A stretch of DNA of 64,000 bases from an uncultured Chloroflexia bacterium (GCA_963837315.1 CAWINE010000013.1:75780-139779); one strand, 5' to 3'. Positions 7,828 through 18,682 are shown, numbered from the stretch's first letter. Made by a program: numbers and translations. The notes: generated by a model not told the origin, from the sequence alone.

Positions 7828-10800
7828 CTACTTCTCCGGCAGATTGCAGCCAGGGAAGAAGGTGTTCGCATCTATCTTCGAAGTCTGGCCCCTGGTAGCA
7901 TTGTTGTTGGGCAGGAAGTATGGCCGGTTACCGGGCGGTACGCATTGCCCTGCAGGTGCTGTGCCACATGGATAGCCCGACATGACGCCGCGAGTCACCA
8001 GGCGATAGGTATAGGTGTAATAAGTGCTGCCTACTCCGATGTCCTCGAACTGCTGAGCGTGGGGCGGATCGTTGAACCCGGCAGCATTGCTCACGATCTT
8101 GCTGATCTGCCCTCTAGTTGCATTGTTATTCGGCCTGAAGTAAGGGAGGCCAGCGGGAGGCACACACGGCTCTCCATTTCCACCGCAGGCATACCCGCTT
8201 ATATACCCACGGGATGCCAGTCGTCCTATGTACTGGAAGAAGGTAGAGCCCACAGGCACGTCCTGGAAGGTTCGGGTAGTCTGATTATCCGAGAAGCCGG
8301 CAGAGTTCGAGACGATCTTTGATAGCTGCCCTCTGGTGACATCGTTGCCGGGCTTGAATGTGCCATCGGGATATCCATTGATGATGCCCAGGCAGGCGAG
8401 ACAGCGAACGAATGAGTAGAAGGTGCTGCCCGGCGGCACATCAGAGAAAGTGAGCGTGCAGGCTGTTGGCGTGACGGTAGGGGTTCCGGGCGTGGAGGTC
8501 GCGGTAAAGGTGTTTGTCGGCACGGAGGTATTGCCTGGTCTGAGTGCGTTTGTCGAGGCGGACGTCAGCCGTCGGACCGCCTGGGGTCTGAGTAGGTGCA
8601 GTAGTAGGGGTGCCTGTGACAGTGGGAGTGCAATTATATAGATAAGTGTAGGAAACACTTACATTATCGACATACCATCCGGTGGAACCTACCGAACAGT
8701 CGGAGCCTAGCCTGAATCTGAACCGTAGGCTCTGGCCAATGAAAGGTTGGAGATTTACATCTACATCGCCTTCGCCGGTCCCAACCCACGCGCTTTGGCC
8801 ATCGCTAAAGGGGGGTATTATGCTGCCACAAGTAGCACCTGTGCGGGTGATTGTGCCGTTATACCCACCACTTGTGATATATGGGCCGGCATCAAACCAC
8901 GTAGTACCGTTGTCCGTAGAAAGCTCAAGCACACCACCATCGTTATTTGTGCCTCCGGATTGGTCGAAGCTATAGTTATGGCTGAATACCAGGAAGGAAC
9001 CTGTGGAGAATGATGGAATATTCAGCGGGTTAATTAGAGTGAGGCGCTGGTCGGACACGCTATCCGGGTCCGGCGCGAAGGCGGCATAATCGGTATAACA
9101 GGTTACTGCCACGGGCACAGGGGTCCACCCGCCCGTGTCGGTAAGCACTACAGATGACACGAATTCGTCTAGAGTGCCGTTATCAAATCCTTCGTACAAC
9201 AATCGAGAGTTTTGTGACCAGCATGGAGGAATAGTGCCGGGTGGTGTGGTGGTTGGTGGCGGAGGTGAAGCGGTGCAGGTAGGCGTACTTGTAGCGGTAG
9301 ACGTGCCGGTGCCGGACGAGCCTGGGGTCGGCGTGCGGCTAAATGTTCCTGTGGGGACAGGGGTGACTGTGTGCGTAGGCGAAGCAGGCGTGGTGGCTGT
9401 GGCTATGGCTGTGCTTGTACGAGTGGAGGAAGCCGGCGTTGTGACGGTGGCTGTGCTTGTGCGCGTAGGGGTAGAAGTAGAAGTATTGGTGGGAGGCACA
9501 GTTGGAGTGTGGGTAAAGGTGGGTGTAGAGGTACTGGTCGCGACCAGGGCGGTATCGGTCGCCGAAGGCGTGCCGCTCGGGGGCAAGCTCCATGCGTTCA
9601 CATACGAGCCTGATAGCCAGTAGATGAACCCGTGCGACACGGCCACCCCAGAGTTAGCGGACCCAGGGTTGTTAGGGGGGAGAGTTCGGAGCGTACTGCC
9701 ATTCGTTTCATCCAGGATACGGAGGCCACTGGACCCGAGATTCACAAAGATCAGCCCGTTGGCGATGGCGATATTACCATGCGAGGACCCTATGGTTATA
9801 GGTCCCCATCGGAGGTTGCCGTTGGCCGGATCTACCGCGTAGATACTGCTGTTGACGATGAATAGAGTGCCACCGCTGCCGAAGGTGGGGTCGTAGGCGG
9901 GCATCAGACCTACGTTTGTGCCGCCTGCGCTGTGCGTCCAGATAGCGCCGCTATTCACGTTGGTGATGTCGTAGGTGTAGAATATGTTGTTCTTGTGCCC
10001 CGCCGCGACCAGCGTACGGTTCTGGCTGTCATGGAATATGATGGCCGTTGTGCCGAAGTCGAGATCATTATTCGGCGAAGGCTCCTGGTGATGCTGGAGA
10101 ATAGCCAGGGTGTTGGAGTCCATCGTGACCATGCTGCGGGTGAGAGAGCAGTCGGTGCAGCTATAGTCCTCGCCTGAACCGACGGCCACGATGCTACCGT
10201 CAGGCGTCAGGGCGGGCGAGTTCCAGATGCCCCCACCGCGTTCACCGGACCCAACGAAGAATGCGCTTGCCACGGTATTGCCGCTGGTCATATCAACTGC
10301 GCGTAGCTCGCCACGTACCGATGGGTTATCGCAATTAGAAGATATACCTACATAAGCACGGTTATTGTACAGGAATGGCGACTCCCATGGGAAACCGCTT
10401 GATCCCACATTCATCAAGTTGGTCCAGACGTTGGTGCCGCTCACTGTATCGATGCCAACATAAGCGGCGTTGCCGTTTACATTGTCGGCACCCACGACCA
10501 CCTGTGTGCCCGATATGGCGGGCGTGGAGCCGATGCCCACGTTGAAGCATTCATTTCTGTAGCCTATATTCTCTTGCCACACCGGGGTTCCGCTCGTAGC
10601 ATTGAAAGCAAAGAAGTTGTTGCCCGAAGATGCACTGCTCCCTACGTACACCACCCCGTTCGAGATGCTGGGCGCTGCCGACGTAGCGGTGCTGCCTGTG
10701 CCCACATTCGCCTGCCAGCGCTGCACCAGTTGGCCCACATTACCCGCACCGATGGTGGTCTCGGATGGATTGAAGTTAGTGCGCTGGTAATCATGGCCGT

Positions 10801-10960
10801 ACATGGGCCAGTCGGCGGGATCTGCCAACACGGCTGCAGGCTGCGATCCGGCGTGAGCCGGCAGGCTGGCGGAGACCTGGGAGGTCTGCCCTGGCAGAGC
10901 CAGCAGCGTAGCCATTGCAAGCAGGACGATCATACCGTTGGGCAACAAACGCTTCTTCAT
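7828..10960 (-). CDS. secreted PQQ-like beta-propeller + jelly-roll (MAM/choice-of-anchor-like) domain + three SLH domains (paralog 2), one frameshift
   Basis: ORFs 8441..10960(-) and 7828..8658(-) overlap in different frames. Comparison with paralog 1 (TQTPGGPSATSVPTNTSVPPNTFTATSTP) shows the reading frame should pass from ...TQTPGGPTA to TSASTNALRPGNTSVPTNTFTATSTP near 8565-8580. The signal peptide is MKKRLLPNGMIVLLAMATLLALPGQTSQ, and the propeller motif DWPMYGHDYQRTNFNP is present. Confidence 0.7.
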
Positions 10961-11120
10961 CAGGGAGCCTCCATTTAGGTCGTTGTCAGAAGACGATTTA
11001 TGTACGGTGGCTGACGGGGAATGTCATGAATTCGACGGAGAGGATGTGCGGGCTAGCCCAGAGCAGGGCGGGTAAGTCCGTATAATTATAATGTGTGAGC
11101 GAGAAATTGTATATCAGGAA

Positions 11121-11654
11121 TTAATCGCCGCCGGACCAGCGGCTGTCCGAGCCGTCCGTGCATTCGGGGCACTGAACTTGCACATAATCAAGCCAGTCGA
11201 GGGCGATCTGCGCGGGCGGGAGGGCCCTGGTGTCGTGCGCAGTCTGGAGGTTGTAGACAATACCGTAACGGTCGGCCACGCAGAGGGCAGCGTTCGCTTC
11301 GTCACCCAGGAGACGGTGGGTGGTGCCGGAGCCTTCGTCGGCCAGCAGCGTGAAAGGGAGGTTGAGCCTCTGTGCGAGCGCACGCGCTTCGTTGAGCGGC
11401 AAAGATGTCACGGCGATCACACGCGCAGCCCGGCTGAGTATGTCTCGGTAGATGGTGCCGAGAGCTTGCAGATACGCCGCTCCCTCAGGCGTGCCTTCCA
11501 CGAAAGCAAGCACTAGATTATACTTGCTGCGTGTGGCGGCAGGCCCGGCCTGACCACCTTGGCGCGAAGCTGAAGGCAGATAGAATACCGGCACTCTGCC
11601 CGGATAGCTCAATCTAGTGGCCGCAATCGCCATCGTCTGCGCGGAAATCGGCAT
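11121..11654 (-). CDS. thioredoxin-fold protein, AhpC/TSA(BCP)-like but lacking the peroxidatic Cys
   Basis: 177-aa ORF. LVLAFVEGTPEGAAYLQALGTIYRDILSRAARVIAVTSLPLNEARALAQRLNLPFTLLADE follows the peroxiredoxin pattern (VLxFYPxxxTPxCTxE ... S.D ... FPLLSD), but the Cys position is replaced. A C-terminal CPEC motif is present. Confidence 0.5.
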   Translation of the reverse strand: MPISAQTMAIAATRLSYPGRVPVFYLPSASRQGGQAGPAATRSKYNLVLAFVEGTPEGAAYLQALGTIYRDILSRAARVIAVTSLPLNEARALAQRLNLPFTLLADEGSGTTHRLLGDEANAALCVADRYGIVYNLQTAHDTRALPPAQIALDWLDYVQVQCPECTDGSDSRWSGGD

Positions 11655-11671
11655 GATTATGGTACCTCGGG

Positions 11672-12039
11672 GTTGTCAGTTGTCAGTTGTCAGTTGTCAG
11701 TAGACGAACGACCGTTTCTTTCCACCGCCAAGACGCCAAGGGACGCCAAGGGACGCCAAGATTTCTACGGTTTGAACCACCAAGACACCAAGATCACGAA
11801 GGTTTTATTCGTTTAATCACGAAGGTCACGAAGAGCACGAAGATCACGAAGGTTTTTATTGTGTTGAATCACAGGGAGCACAGGGCACTCAGAGATCATA
11901 GAGGATTTTGATGGTCATATACAATAATAACCTTGGCGGATCTTGGCGCCTTGGCGGTTACATTTTACGTTCACTGCCCACTGCCCACTGCCCACTGCCC
12001 ACCCGTCTACTGACAACTGACAACTGACAACTGACAACT
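11672..12039. repeat. composite nested-palindrome repeat element (copy B, most complete)
   Basis: Outer arms are (TTGTCAG)4+TAGACG (11672-11707) and CGTCTA+(CTGACAA)4 (12004-12038). Inner arms are caccgccaagacgccaagggacgccaagggacgccaaga (11723-11761) and ccttggcggatcttggcgccttggcggt (11931-11958). The core has CACCAAGA, CACGAAG and CACAGGG/CAGAG blocks separated by ggttttat..tt(g/t)aatca spacers, plus (CACTGCC)4 at 11972-12004. Confidence 0.9.
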
Positions 12040-12064
12040 GGCACCAGTATACAAGGACACACCA

Positions 12065-12754
12065 ATGGACACCAAACCAAAGAGAGAGCTTGTCTTCCTG
12101 CTGGACGTCGATAACACACTGCTTGACAACGATAGGGCGAAGGCCGATATGGCGGCACGGTTGTTAGAGATATTGGGAGATGAGGGGTCAAAGCGCTTCT
12201 GGGAGCTTTACGAACAGGCTCGCAAAGAGCTCGACGTGGTTAGCTACCCTGAAACGCTGAGGCGCTTTGCCGAGAGTTGGAAAGACAAGGCTGCCGCACA
12301 GCGTGCCGCCGACGTGGTCAACAACTTGCCCTACGAGCAGTACGTCTATCCGGGCAGCCTGCCCGCTATCCGCCACCTTAGCACTCTGGGCGAGGTCGCA
12401 ATCCTGTCGGACGGAGATGAAGTCTACCAGCCTCATAAGATCGCAGTAGCGGGCCTCGCGGAAGCGGTCGGACCTGAAGACGTGCTGATTTACAGCCATA
12501 AAGAGACCTGCTTTCCCGACGTGATGCACCGTCTCCCGGGCGATCACTATGTGCTCGTGGACGATAAAGAAACCATCCTGGCCCACGCCAAAGGGATATT
12601 AGGAAGCAAGCTGACCACTGTCTGGGTCAAGCAGGGCCACTACGCCCAGGACCCTACCCAGTACATCAAACCCGATCCCGATATCGCCCTGGAAAGCATA
12701 GGCGATATCTGCGGGCTGACCAAAGCAGATTTTCTTGGGAAATCTCAAACGTGA
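12065..12754 (+). CDS. HAD-like hydrolase
   Basis: 229-aa ORF with the DxDxT motif in LVFLLDVDNTLLDND and a later SDGDEVYQ / LVDDK pattern. Confidence 0.6.
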   Translation: MDTKPKRELVFLLDVDNTLLDNDRAKADMAARLLEILGDEGSKRFWELYEQARKELDVVSYPETLRRFAESWKDKAAAQRAADVVNNLPYEQYVYPGSLPAIRHLSTLGEVAILSDGDEVYQPHKIAVAGLAEAVGPEDVLIYSHKETCFPDVMHRLPGDHYVLVDDKETILAHAKGILGSKLTTVWVKQGHYAQDPTQYIKPDPDIALESIGDICGLTKADFLGKSQT

Positions 12755-12773
12755 TCTGTCTGTACCCCAAGTT

Positions 12774-13829
12774 TCACCGGCTTATCGCTCCATACACCAC
12801 GTTCAGAGAGCGCTCGCGTGCAGCAAACGGGTCTACCATGTCCCAGCGATTCGAGAGGAAAACGAAAACGAAGTCGTATTCGGGATCGATCCAGAGCAGA
12901 GTGCCTGACGTGCCGCCATGGCCGAATGCGCGCTCCGAAGCGAGGAGGTCGCCATCAGGAGGCGACGAGGGCTTGCCCCAGCCCAGACCGTAATCGAAAC
13001 GAGCTTTCGTGACGAATTGGCTGGCACCCTTCGTGTAGTGCCGAGTCATCATGCTGAGGGCAGCGGGCGAAAGGAGCTTATAACCGCCCGCTGACGTTCC
13101 GCCACGCAAGTATGCCTGTCCGAAAGTGACCAGGTCTGCAGCGGTGCTCCAGAGTCCGCCGCCGGGCATGGCCAGTGCGTTGAAGGCGTCCAGCAAACGC
13201 GCAGGGTGGAAATCATGCAAGGGTGCTGCCCGGCCACGCTCCACCGGCGCAAAATCGGTGCCGGCCATACCAAGCGGCTCGAAAATATGGTGGCGCAAAT
13301 AGTCGGGGTAGGGCTCCCCGCCCAGGCGCGTAATCAGCTCACCGAGCACGCTGAAGGCAAGGGAATTGTACTGGTAGGAGGTGCCCGGCTCGAAGTTGAG
13401 ATTGCTCCTGCAGCATGCATCGTAGAGGAAACCGGGGGCCAATGGCTCGCCGGAGAGGGCAAGCCCCTGAAGCTCGGCCATGAACCGCTCTTCTTCCAAC
13501 CCACTCGAATGGGTGAGAAGGTGCCAGACAGTCACGCGGCCCTTATCATTCGCCCCGAACTCGGGCAAGTAGGTGGCCACCGGCAGATCGAGAGCGAGCT
13601 TCCCCTCCTCCACCAGTCGCATGATAGCAGTCGCCACAAAAGGCTTGGTGATCGAAGCGATCTGGAATATGCTATCCAGCCCCACGCTATCCTCCCCAGG
13701 CGAAACGTGCGTCCAGAGCGTCTCATCGCGGTTCGCTACCGCGATCAAGGCGGTAGGTTGCGGGCCGTTTTTCACCGCTTCATCCGCTATCTGCGCCGCG
13801 TATTCGAGATGGGTAAGGTCAATCTTCAT
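12774..13829 (-). CDS. serine hydrolase, beta-lactamase/transpeptidase-like (class C/esterase family)
   Basis: ORF 12774..13910(-). The likely start is ATG 13829 (MKIDLTHLEY), because the upstream 27 codons cross the purF terminator hairpin. The SxxK motif is IASITKPF, and YxN-like and HGGTSG motifs follow. Confidence 0.7.
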   Translation of the reverse strand: MKIDLTHLEYAAQIADEAVKNGPQPTALIAVANRDETLWTHVSPGEDSVGLDSIFQIASITKPFVATAIMRLVEEGKLALDLPVATYLPEFGANDKGRVTVWHLLTHSSGLEEERFMAELQGLALSGEPLAPGFLYDACCRSNLNFEPGTSYQYNSLAFSVLGELITRLGGEPYPDYLRHHIFEPLGMAGTDFAPVERGRAAPLHDFHPARLLDAFNALAMPGGGLWSTAADLVTFGQAYLRGGTSAGGYKLLSPAALSMMTRHYTKGASQFVTKARFDYGLGWGKPSSPPDGDLLASERAFGHGGTSGTLLWIDPEYDFVFVFLSNRWDMVDPFAARERSLNVVYGAISR

Positions 13830-13851
13830 AGTGCTCGAAACCTTGACCAAA

Positions 13852-13890
13852 GACGAAGGACGAAGGAATTGGCTTCTTTCGTCCTTCGTC
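13852..13890 (-). terminator. hairpin downstream of purF built from GACGAAG repeats
   Basis: On the minus strand, GACGAAGGACGAA (13-nt loop) TTCGTCCTTCGTC followed by TTTGG, lying 37 nt after the purF stop. The wider repeat block spans 13850-13902. Confidence 0.5.
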
Positions 13891-13926
13891 TTTCGTCTTT
13901 CGATGAGCAAAGCGAGCTATCGTCGT

Positions 13927-15474
13927 TTAGTGGTCCGCCCCGATCGGCACTCGGTCGCGATCCATCTCTTCTTGCTCGACGTCAAGCTCCATTCGGCTCT
14001 GCTGGAGGGCGATGCGTGAGCCGGCAGCTACAGCCTCTTCCATCGAGAGCTTGCCGTCGACCACGAACTCCAATTGCACCGGCACAGGGTAGTTACCTGT
14101 GAAGCAGCCTGAGCAAAGCTTGTCGCCACCCAGCTTGACCGCCCGGAATAGCCCCGCGAGGCTGAGGTAGCCGAGCGAGTCTGCCCCCATATGGCGGGCG
14201 ATCTCAGGCACGGTCATCCTGTGGGCAATAAGCTCTTCGCGGCGGGCGGTATCCACGCCCAGGTAGCAAGGGTGAGCCATTGCGGGCGAGTGGATGCGCA
14301 CATGTACTTCGGTCGCGCCTGCCTTGCGCAGAAGCTCCACAATAGGCTTCGTGGTCGTGCCGCGCACAATCGAGTCGTCCACGACTACCACACGCTTGCC
14401 GCTCAGCACTTCGGGCAGAGGGTTGAACTTGAGGCCGATGCCGCGCTCACGCAGGTGCTGGTGCGGCTGGATAAAGGTGCGCCCGATATAGCGGTTCTTG
14501 ATAAGCCCCTCGGTGAAGGGTATGCCCGATTCAAGCGCGTAGCCGATAGCGGCAGGGGTGGCCGAGTCGGGCACGCCTATCACGATGTCGGCATCAGTGG
14601 GGTGCTCTCGGGCCAGCTCGCGGCCCATGTTCTGGCGCGCCTGGTAAAGGGGGATGTTCTCGATCACGCTGTCGGGGCGGGCGAAATATATATACTCGAA
14701 GACGCACAAAGCCTGCTTGTGATCGTCGCGCGGCGGCTCGGCGTAGGATGTAATGCCCTCTTCACCTATGGTCACGATTTCGCCGGGGGCCACTTCGCGG
14801 ATGAACTGCGCGCCAACCGTCATGAGAGCGCACGTCTCGGACGACACCACCCAGCCTCCGCCCGGCAATTTGCCCAGGCAGAGTGGGCGTATGCCCATGG
14901 AGTCGCGCACCGCGATCAGGTGAGTAGGGGTCATGAGGGCCAGCGAATATGCGCCTGTGAGCCTGGACATCGCCCTGCGGAACTTTGTGGCCCAGTCGTT
15001 GCCATGGGAGGCTATGGCAAGCTCGCCTATCACCTCGCTGTCGGAGGTCGTTTGGAACGTGACGCCCTGCGACACCAGCTCGGAATAGAGTGGGACGGCG
15101 TTGGTGATATTGCCGTTATGGGCCAGCGCCATCCAGCCGAGCTTGGGATCGATAAGGTGCAAGGGCTGGGCGTTGCATTCCTTGGAAGAGCCCGTGGTCG
15201 AGTAGCGAGTATGGCCGATTGCCATGTGGCCACTCAGCTTGCCGAGCGATTCTTCGTCGAAGGCAGTAGCGACAAGGCCCATCCTGGTACGGAGCATAAG
15301 CGAGTGCCCTTCGGTAGTGGCGATACCCGCCAACTCCTGCCCGCGATGCTGCAATGCATAGAGGCCGAAGTAGGTCAAACGCGCCACGTCCTCGCCCGGA
15401 GCCCACACGCCGAATATGCCGCATTCTTCGTGTAGCTTGTCGTCCTCGTTATAGGAAGTCATTATTTCACCCAC
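13927..15474 (-). CDS. purF: amidophosphoribosyltransferase
   Basis: 515-aa ORF with the N-terminal nucleophile context CGIFGVWAPGEDVARLTYFGLYALQHRGQE, the PRPP-binding VVVVDDSIVRGTT, and Fe-S Cys residues near the C-terminus. Confidence 0.95.
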   Translation of the reverse strand: MGEIMTSYNEDDKLHEECGIFGVWAPGEDVARLTYFGLYALQHRGQELAGIATTEGHSLMLRTRMGLVATAFDEESLGKLSGHMAIGHTRYSTTGSSKECNAQPLHLIDPKLGWMALAHNGNITNAVPLYSELVSQGVTFQTTSDSEVIGELAIASHGNDWATKFRRAMSRLTGAYSLALMTPTHLIAVRDSMGIRPLCLGKLPGGGWVVSSETCALMTVGAQFIREVAPGEIVTIGEEGITSYAEPPRDDHKQALCVFEYIYFARPDSVIENIPLYQARQNMGRELAREHPTDADIVIGVPDSATPAAIGYALESGIPFTEGLIKNRYIGRTFIQPHQHLRERGIGLKFNPLPEVLSGKRVVVVDDSIVRGTTTKPIVELLRKAGATEVHVRIHSPAMAHPCYLGVDTARREELIAHRMTVPEIARHMGADSLGYLSLAGLFRAVKLGGDKLCSGCFTGNYPVPVQLEFVVDGKLSMEEAVAAGSRIALQQSRMELDVEQEEMDRDRVPIGADH

Positions 15475-15500
15475 TTTATCGCCCCCAATGCAAGATTAGC

Positions 15501-16244
15501 CTATGCCGCCGTCACGATAATCGGGCGGCCTTTTGTGACCACGATTGTATGCTCGAAATTGGCTACCGGGCTGCCGTCTCGCGTCTTGAGCGTCCAGCCA
15601 TCGGGAGCCGTCAGAATGCCACCTCTACCCGCTGTGACGTGCGGCTCCACGGCCAGCACCAGGCCGTCGGTCAAAGGCTTGCGAAACGAAGGCAGATAGA
15701 CGTTCGGCACGGTGGGTTCTTCGTGCATGGACCGCCCAACCCCATGCCCTGTTAACTCGGCCACGATACGAAGGCCGCGTCTTTGCGCCTGGGCCTCCGC
15801 GGCTGCCCCGATGCGGTTGATGGGGCTGCCTGCTCTCGCCGCGCCGATGGCTTCGGAAAGGGCAACTCTGGCGCAATCGTACAATCTTTGCTTCTTGGGC
15901 ATAACGGGCGGCACAGCCACGGTAATTGCAGCGTCGGCGTAATAGCCGTCCAACTCGCCGGTAACGTCCAACTTCACCAGATCACCTTCGCGTATCACGC
16001 GGCTGCCGGGGATGCCGTGCGCAGCCTCGTCGTTGACGCTGATGCAGGTGGCACGCGGGAAATTGACGAGGAGCATGGGAGCCGAGCGCACCCCGTGCGC
16101 GCTCATGAACTCCTCCCCGATAGCGTCAAGCTCGCCCGTGGTTATGCCGGGCCGGACGTGGTCCTTCATTTTACGTAGCGTCAGCCCTACGATCTTGCCG
16201 ATAAGCATTAGAGAAGATAGATCTTTGTCTGTTTCTATTGACAT
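15501..16244 (-). CDS. map: type I methionine aminopeptidase
   Basis: 247-aa ORF with the metal-ligand motifs LVKLDVTGELDGYYADAAITV, HGVGRSMHEEP, LAVEPHV and FEHTIVVT. Confidence 0.9.
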   Translation of the reverse strand: MSIETDKDLSSLMLIGKIVGLTLRKMKDHVRPGITTGELDAIGEEFMSAHGVRSAPMLLVNFPRATCISVNDEAAHGIPGSRVIREGDLVKLDVTGELDGYYADAAITVAVPPVMPKKQRLYDCARVALSEAIGAARAGSPINRIGAAAEAQAQRRGLRIVAELTGHGVGRSMHEEPTVPNVYLPSFRKPLTDGLVLAVEPHVTAGRGGILTAPDGWTLKTRDGSPVANFEHTIVVTKGRPIIVTAA

Positions 16245-16258
16245 CTACGCCACTACTC

Positions 16259-18577
16259 CTAGGTAAGGCCACCCCGCCATGAGGCTTCGAGGTCTAAAAC
16301 AGGCAAGTCCACAAGCGTGCGCTCGCCGCGCCGGATGATGAGAGTGTCTCCGCCTGTGGCACCAAGGCGGAAGAGGCCCACGTCCATAGCTTCCGAAAGC
16401 TCCTTCAGCTCCGGCCACATCTCCGTGGGAAGAGCTATAATTATACGCGATGGCTCCTCGGAAAACAACATGACATCCGACCGTAAGCCGGGGTAAATCG
16501 TCTCCAATCCGTCCAGATTGATCTGCGCGCCCACCCCGCCGGCAATGCAAGCCTCCGCAATCGCCACCGAGAGGCCGCCATCGCTGCAATCATGGGCCAC
16601 GTCCAGGATTCCCTCGCGTATAGCCATGCGGGCCACATATTGCACCGCCCGTTCTACCACGAAATCCACCGCAGTCGGCATCCCCGCTTTCAGCCCGAAG
16701 CGCGTTTCCAGGTACTGGCTCGCGCCCAGGAGAGGTCCGCCACCTCCGAACGGCTCGTCCCCCGTATGCCTGGCCCAGAGCAAGGCGACCGTCAGCCCGG
16801 CCCGGAAGGCCATACCAGCGCGTCGCTCGACGTCGTCCAGCAAGCCGAGCATACCCACCACGGGCGTCGGAAGCACCGCCGCACCCTCGGTCTCGTTGTA
16901 GAGCGATACGTTGCCGCTCACTACAGGCACACCCAGGGCGTTGCACGCGTCGGCCAGGCCGTTGACCGCGCTCTCCATCTGGTAGAAGACGTAGGGATTC
17001 TCAGGGTTACCGAAGTTGAGACAGTCTGTGACCGCCAGCGGCTCGGCCCCCACGCAAGAGAGGTTGCGTGCGGCCTCGGCCACAGCGTGCGCGCCGCCCG
17101 CATAGGGATCGAGATAGCAGTAGCGAGCATTGCAGTCGGTAGTGAGGGCGATACCTTTGTTCGTGCCCTTGATACGGAGCACCGCGGCGTCGGCCTGGCC
17201 CGGCTGTAACACCGTATTCGTGCCTATCGTGTGGTCGTAGGTGCGATATACCTGCTCTTTGCTGGCGATATTTGGCGCTGCCAGCACGTCGAGCAAAGCG
17301 CCGCTGTAGTTCGTCTCGGCGGTTTCGTGGGGCAGAATGGCGTCCCAATCGGGGTGTTGGCGCTCGTCCAAAAGTGGGTCAGGTTCGCCGGTGACGTACC
17401 GGATGGGCACTTCGTCCGCGAGCAGGGTGGCCGGTATCTCGGCAGTGAGGATTTTGCCGTCGTAAATGCGCACAAGTCCATCGTCCGTCACATGGCCGAT
17501 CACGTTTGAGTGAAGGCCCCATTTCTTGAAGACCGCTCGTGCCTCCGGCTCTTTGCCTTTCTCAACAACAACCAGCATACGCTCCTGCAACTCGGAGAGC
17601 ATTAATTCATAGGCGTTCATGCCACGCTCGCGCCTCGGCACGTGGGCAAGGTCGATTTTGATACCTGTGCCTGCCCGCGCCGCGCACTCCACCGCGGACG
17701 AAGTGAGGCCCGCCGCACCCAGGTCTTGCATTCCGACTACCACGCCCGTAGTTAGCACTTCCAGGCAGGCCTCCATGAGGCATTTTTCGAGGAAAGGATT
17801 GCCCACCTGCACGGCAGGGCGGTCTTCGAGGGCGTCCTGGCCCAGGGTGTCGGAGGCGAAAGTTGCGCCGTGGATGCCGTCGCGGCCCGTGTCGGCCCCC
17901 ACCAGGAGCACCGAATTGCCCACGCCCGTGGCCACGGCTCGCATCACGCTGTCGGCCCGCAATAGCCCCACGCACATGGCGTTCACGAGCGGGTTGCCTG
18001 AATAGGACTCGTCGAAGGCGATCTCGCCGCCCACTGTGGGCACGCCAATGCAGTTCCCATAGCCGCCGATGCCGGCAACAACACCCCCAAAGAGGTAGCG
18101 GTTGTGTGGGTTAGAGAGCGGCCCGAAGCGCAGCGAGTTGAGCAAGGCAACGGGCCGGGCGCCCATCGTGAAGATATCGCGCACGATACCCCCAACACCT
18201 GTAGCTGCACCTTCGACAGGCTCGACCGCCGAGGGATGGTTGTGCAACTCGATCTTGAGTGCAGCAGCCCAGCCGTCGCCCAGGTCAACAATGCCCGCGT
18301 TCTCGCCCGGCCCCTGCAGGACGCGAGCGCCATTGGTGGGGAAGCTGCGCAGGAGAGGCTTGGAGTGCTTGTAGCCACAATGCTCGCTCCACATCGCGCC
18401 CGCCATGCCCAATTCGACTTTGTTGGGCGGGCGGCCGAGCATTTCGCGGAACTGGCGATATTCGTCGCGGTTGAGGCCCACTTCGGAGAGCAAGCCGGAT
18501 AGCTCCTCTTCGGGCAGGTCATCCGGAATAGGAGCTACAACAGAGGCTATTGAGTTTGTCATGTGAGGGGCCATCAA
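16259..18577 (-). CDS. purL: phosphoribosylformylglycinamidine synthase subunit PurL (FGAM synthase II)
   Basis: 772-aa ORF containing [42 protein letters not shown] and duplicated AIR-synthase-like domains. Confidence 0.95.
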   Translation of the reverse strand: MMAPHMTNSIASVVAPIPDDLPEEELSGLLSEVGLNRDEYRQFREMLGRPPNKVELGMAGAMWSEHCGYKHSKPLLRSFPTNGARVLQGPGENAGIVDLGDGWAAALKIELHNHPSAVEPVEGAATGVGGIVRDIFTMGARPVALLNSLRFGPLSNPHNRYLFGGVVAGIGGYGNCIGVPTVGGEIAFDESYSGNPLVNAMCVGLLRADSVMRAVATGVGNSVLLVGADTGRDGIHGATFASDTLGQDALEDRPAVQVGNPFLEKCLMEACLEVLTTGVVVGMQDLGAAGLTSSAVECAARAGTGIKIDLAHVPRRERGMNAYELMLSELQERMLVVVEKGKEPEARAVFKKWGLHSNVIGHVTDDGLVRIYDGKILTAEIPATLLADEVPIRYVTGEPDPLLDERQHPDWDAILPHETAETNYSGALLDVLAAPNIASKEQVYRTYDHTIGTNTVLQPGQADAAVLRIKGTNKGIALTTDCNARYCYLDPYAGGAHAVAEAARNLSCVGAEPLAVTDCLNFGNPENPYVFYQMESAVNGLADACNALGVPVVSGNVSLYNETEGAAVLPTPVVGMLGLLDDVERRAGMAFRAGLTVALLWARHTGDEPFGGGGPLLGASQYLETRFGLKAGMPTAVDFVVERAVQYVARMAIREGILDVAHDCSDGGLSVAIAEACIAGGVGAQINLDGLETIYPGLRSDVMLFSEEPSRIIIALPTEMWPELKELSEAMDVGLFRLGATGGDTLIIRRGERTLVDLPVLDLEASWRGGLT

Positions 18578-18682
18578 CTCCTGCTGAGGTGAGAGCGGCT
18601 GAGTGGCCGGTGATTAAGTATACCAGGAGGATGAGAGTTTTCCACTTTTCCACATCCCTTGTGCCAGGAGATCAGGCTAGAA

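Noticed and set aside
8565-8580. Programmed ribosomal frameshifting at the various frame breaks
   Set aside because: I saw no slippery heptamer plus downstream structure at the junctions I inspected. The breaks hit unrelated genes, including purB, and occur in both directions. Indel error or gene decay explains them better.
14191-15435. 414-aa ORF on the plus strand
   Set aside because: It lies entirely antisense to purF, which has unmistakable motifs. The Arg/Ala/Gly-rich composition is typical of a shadow ORF in GC-rich DNA.
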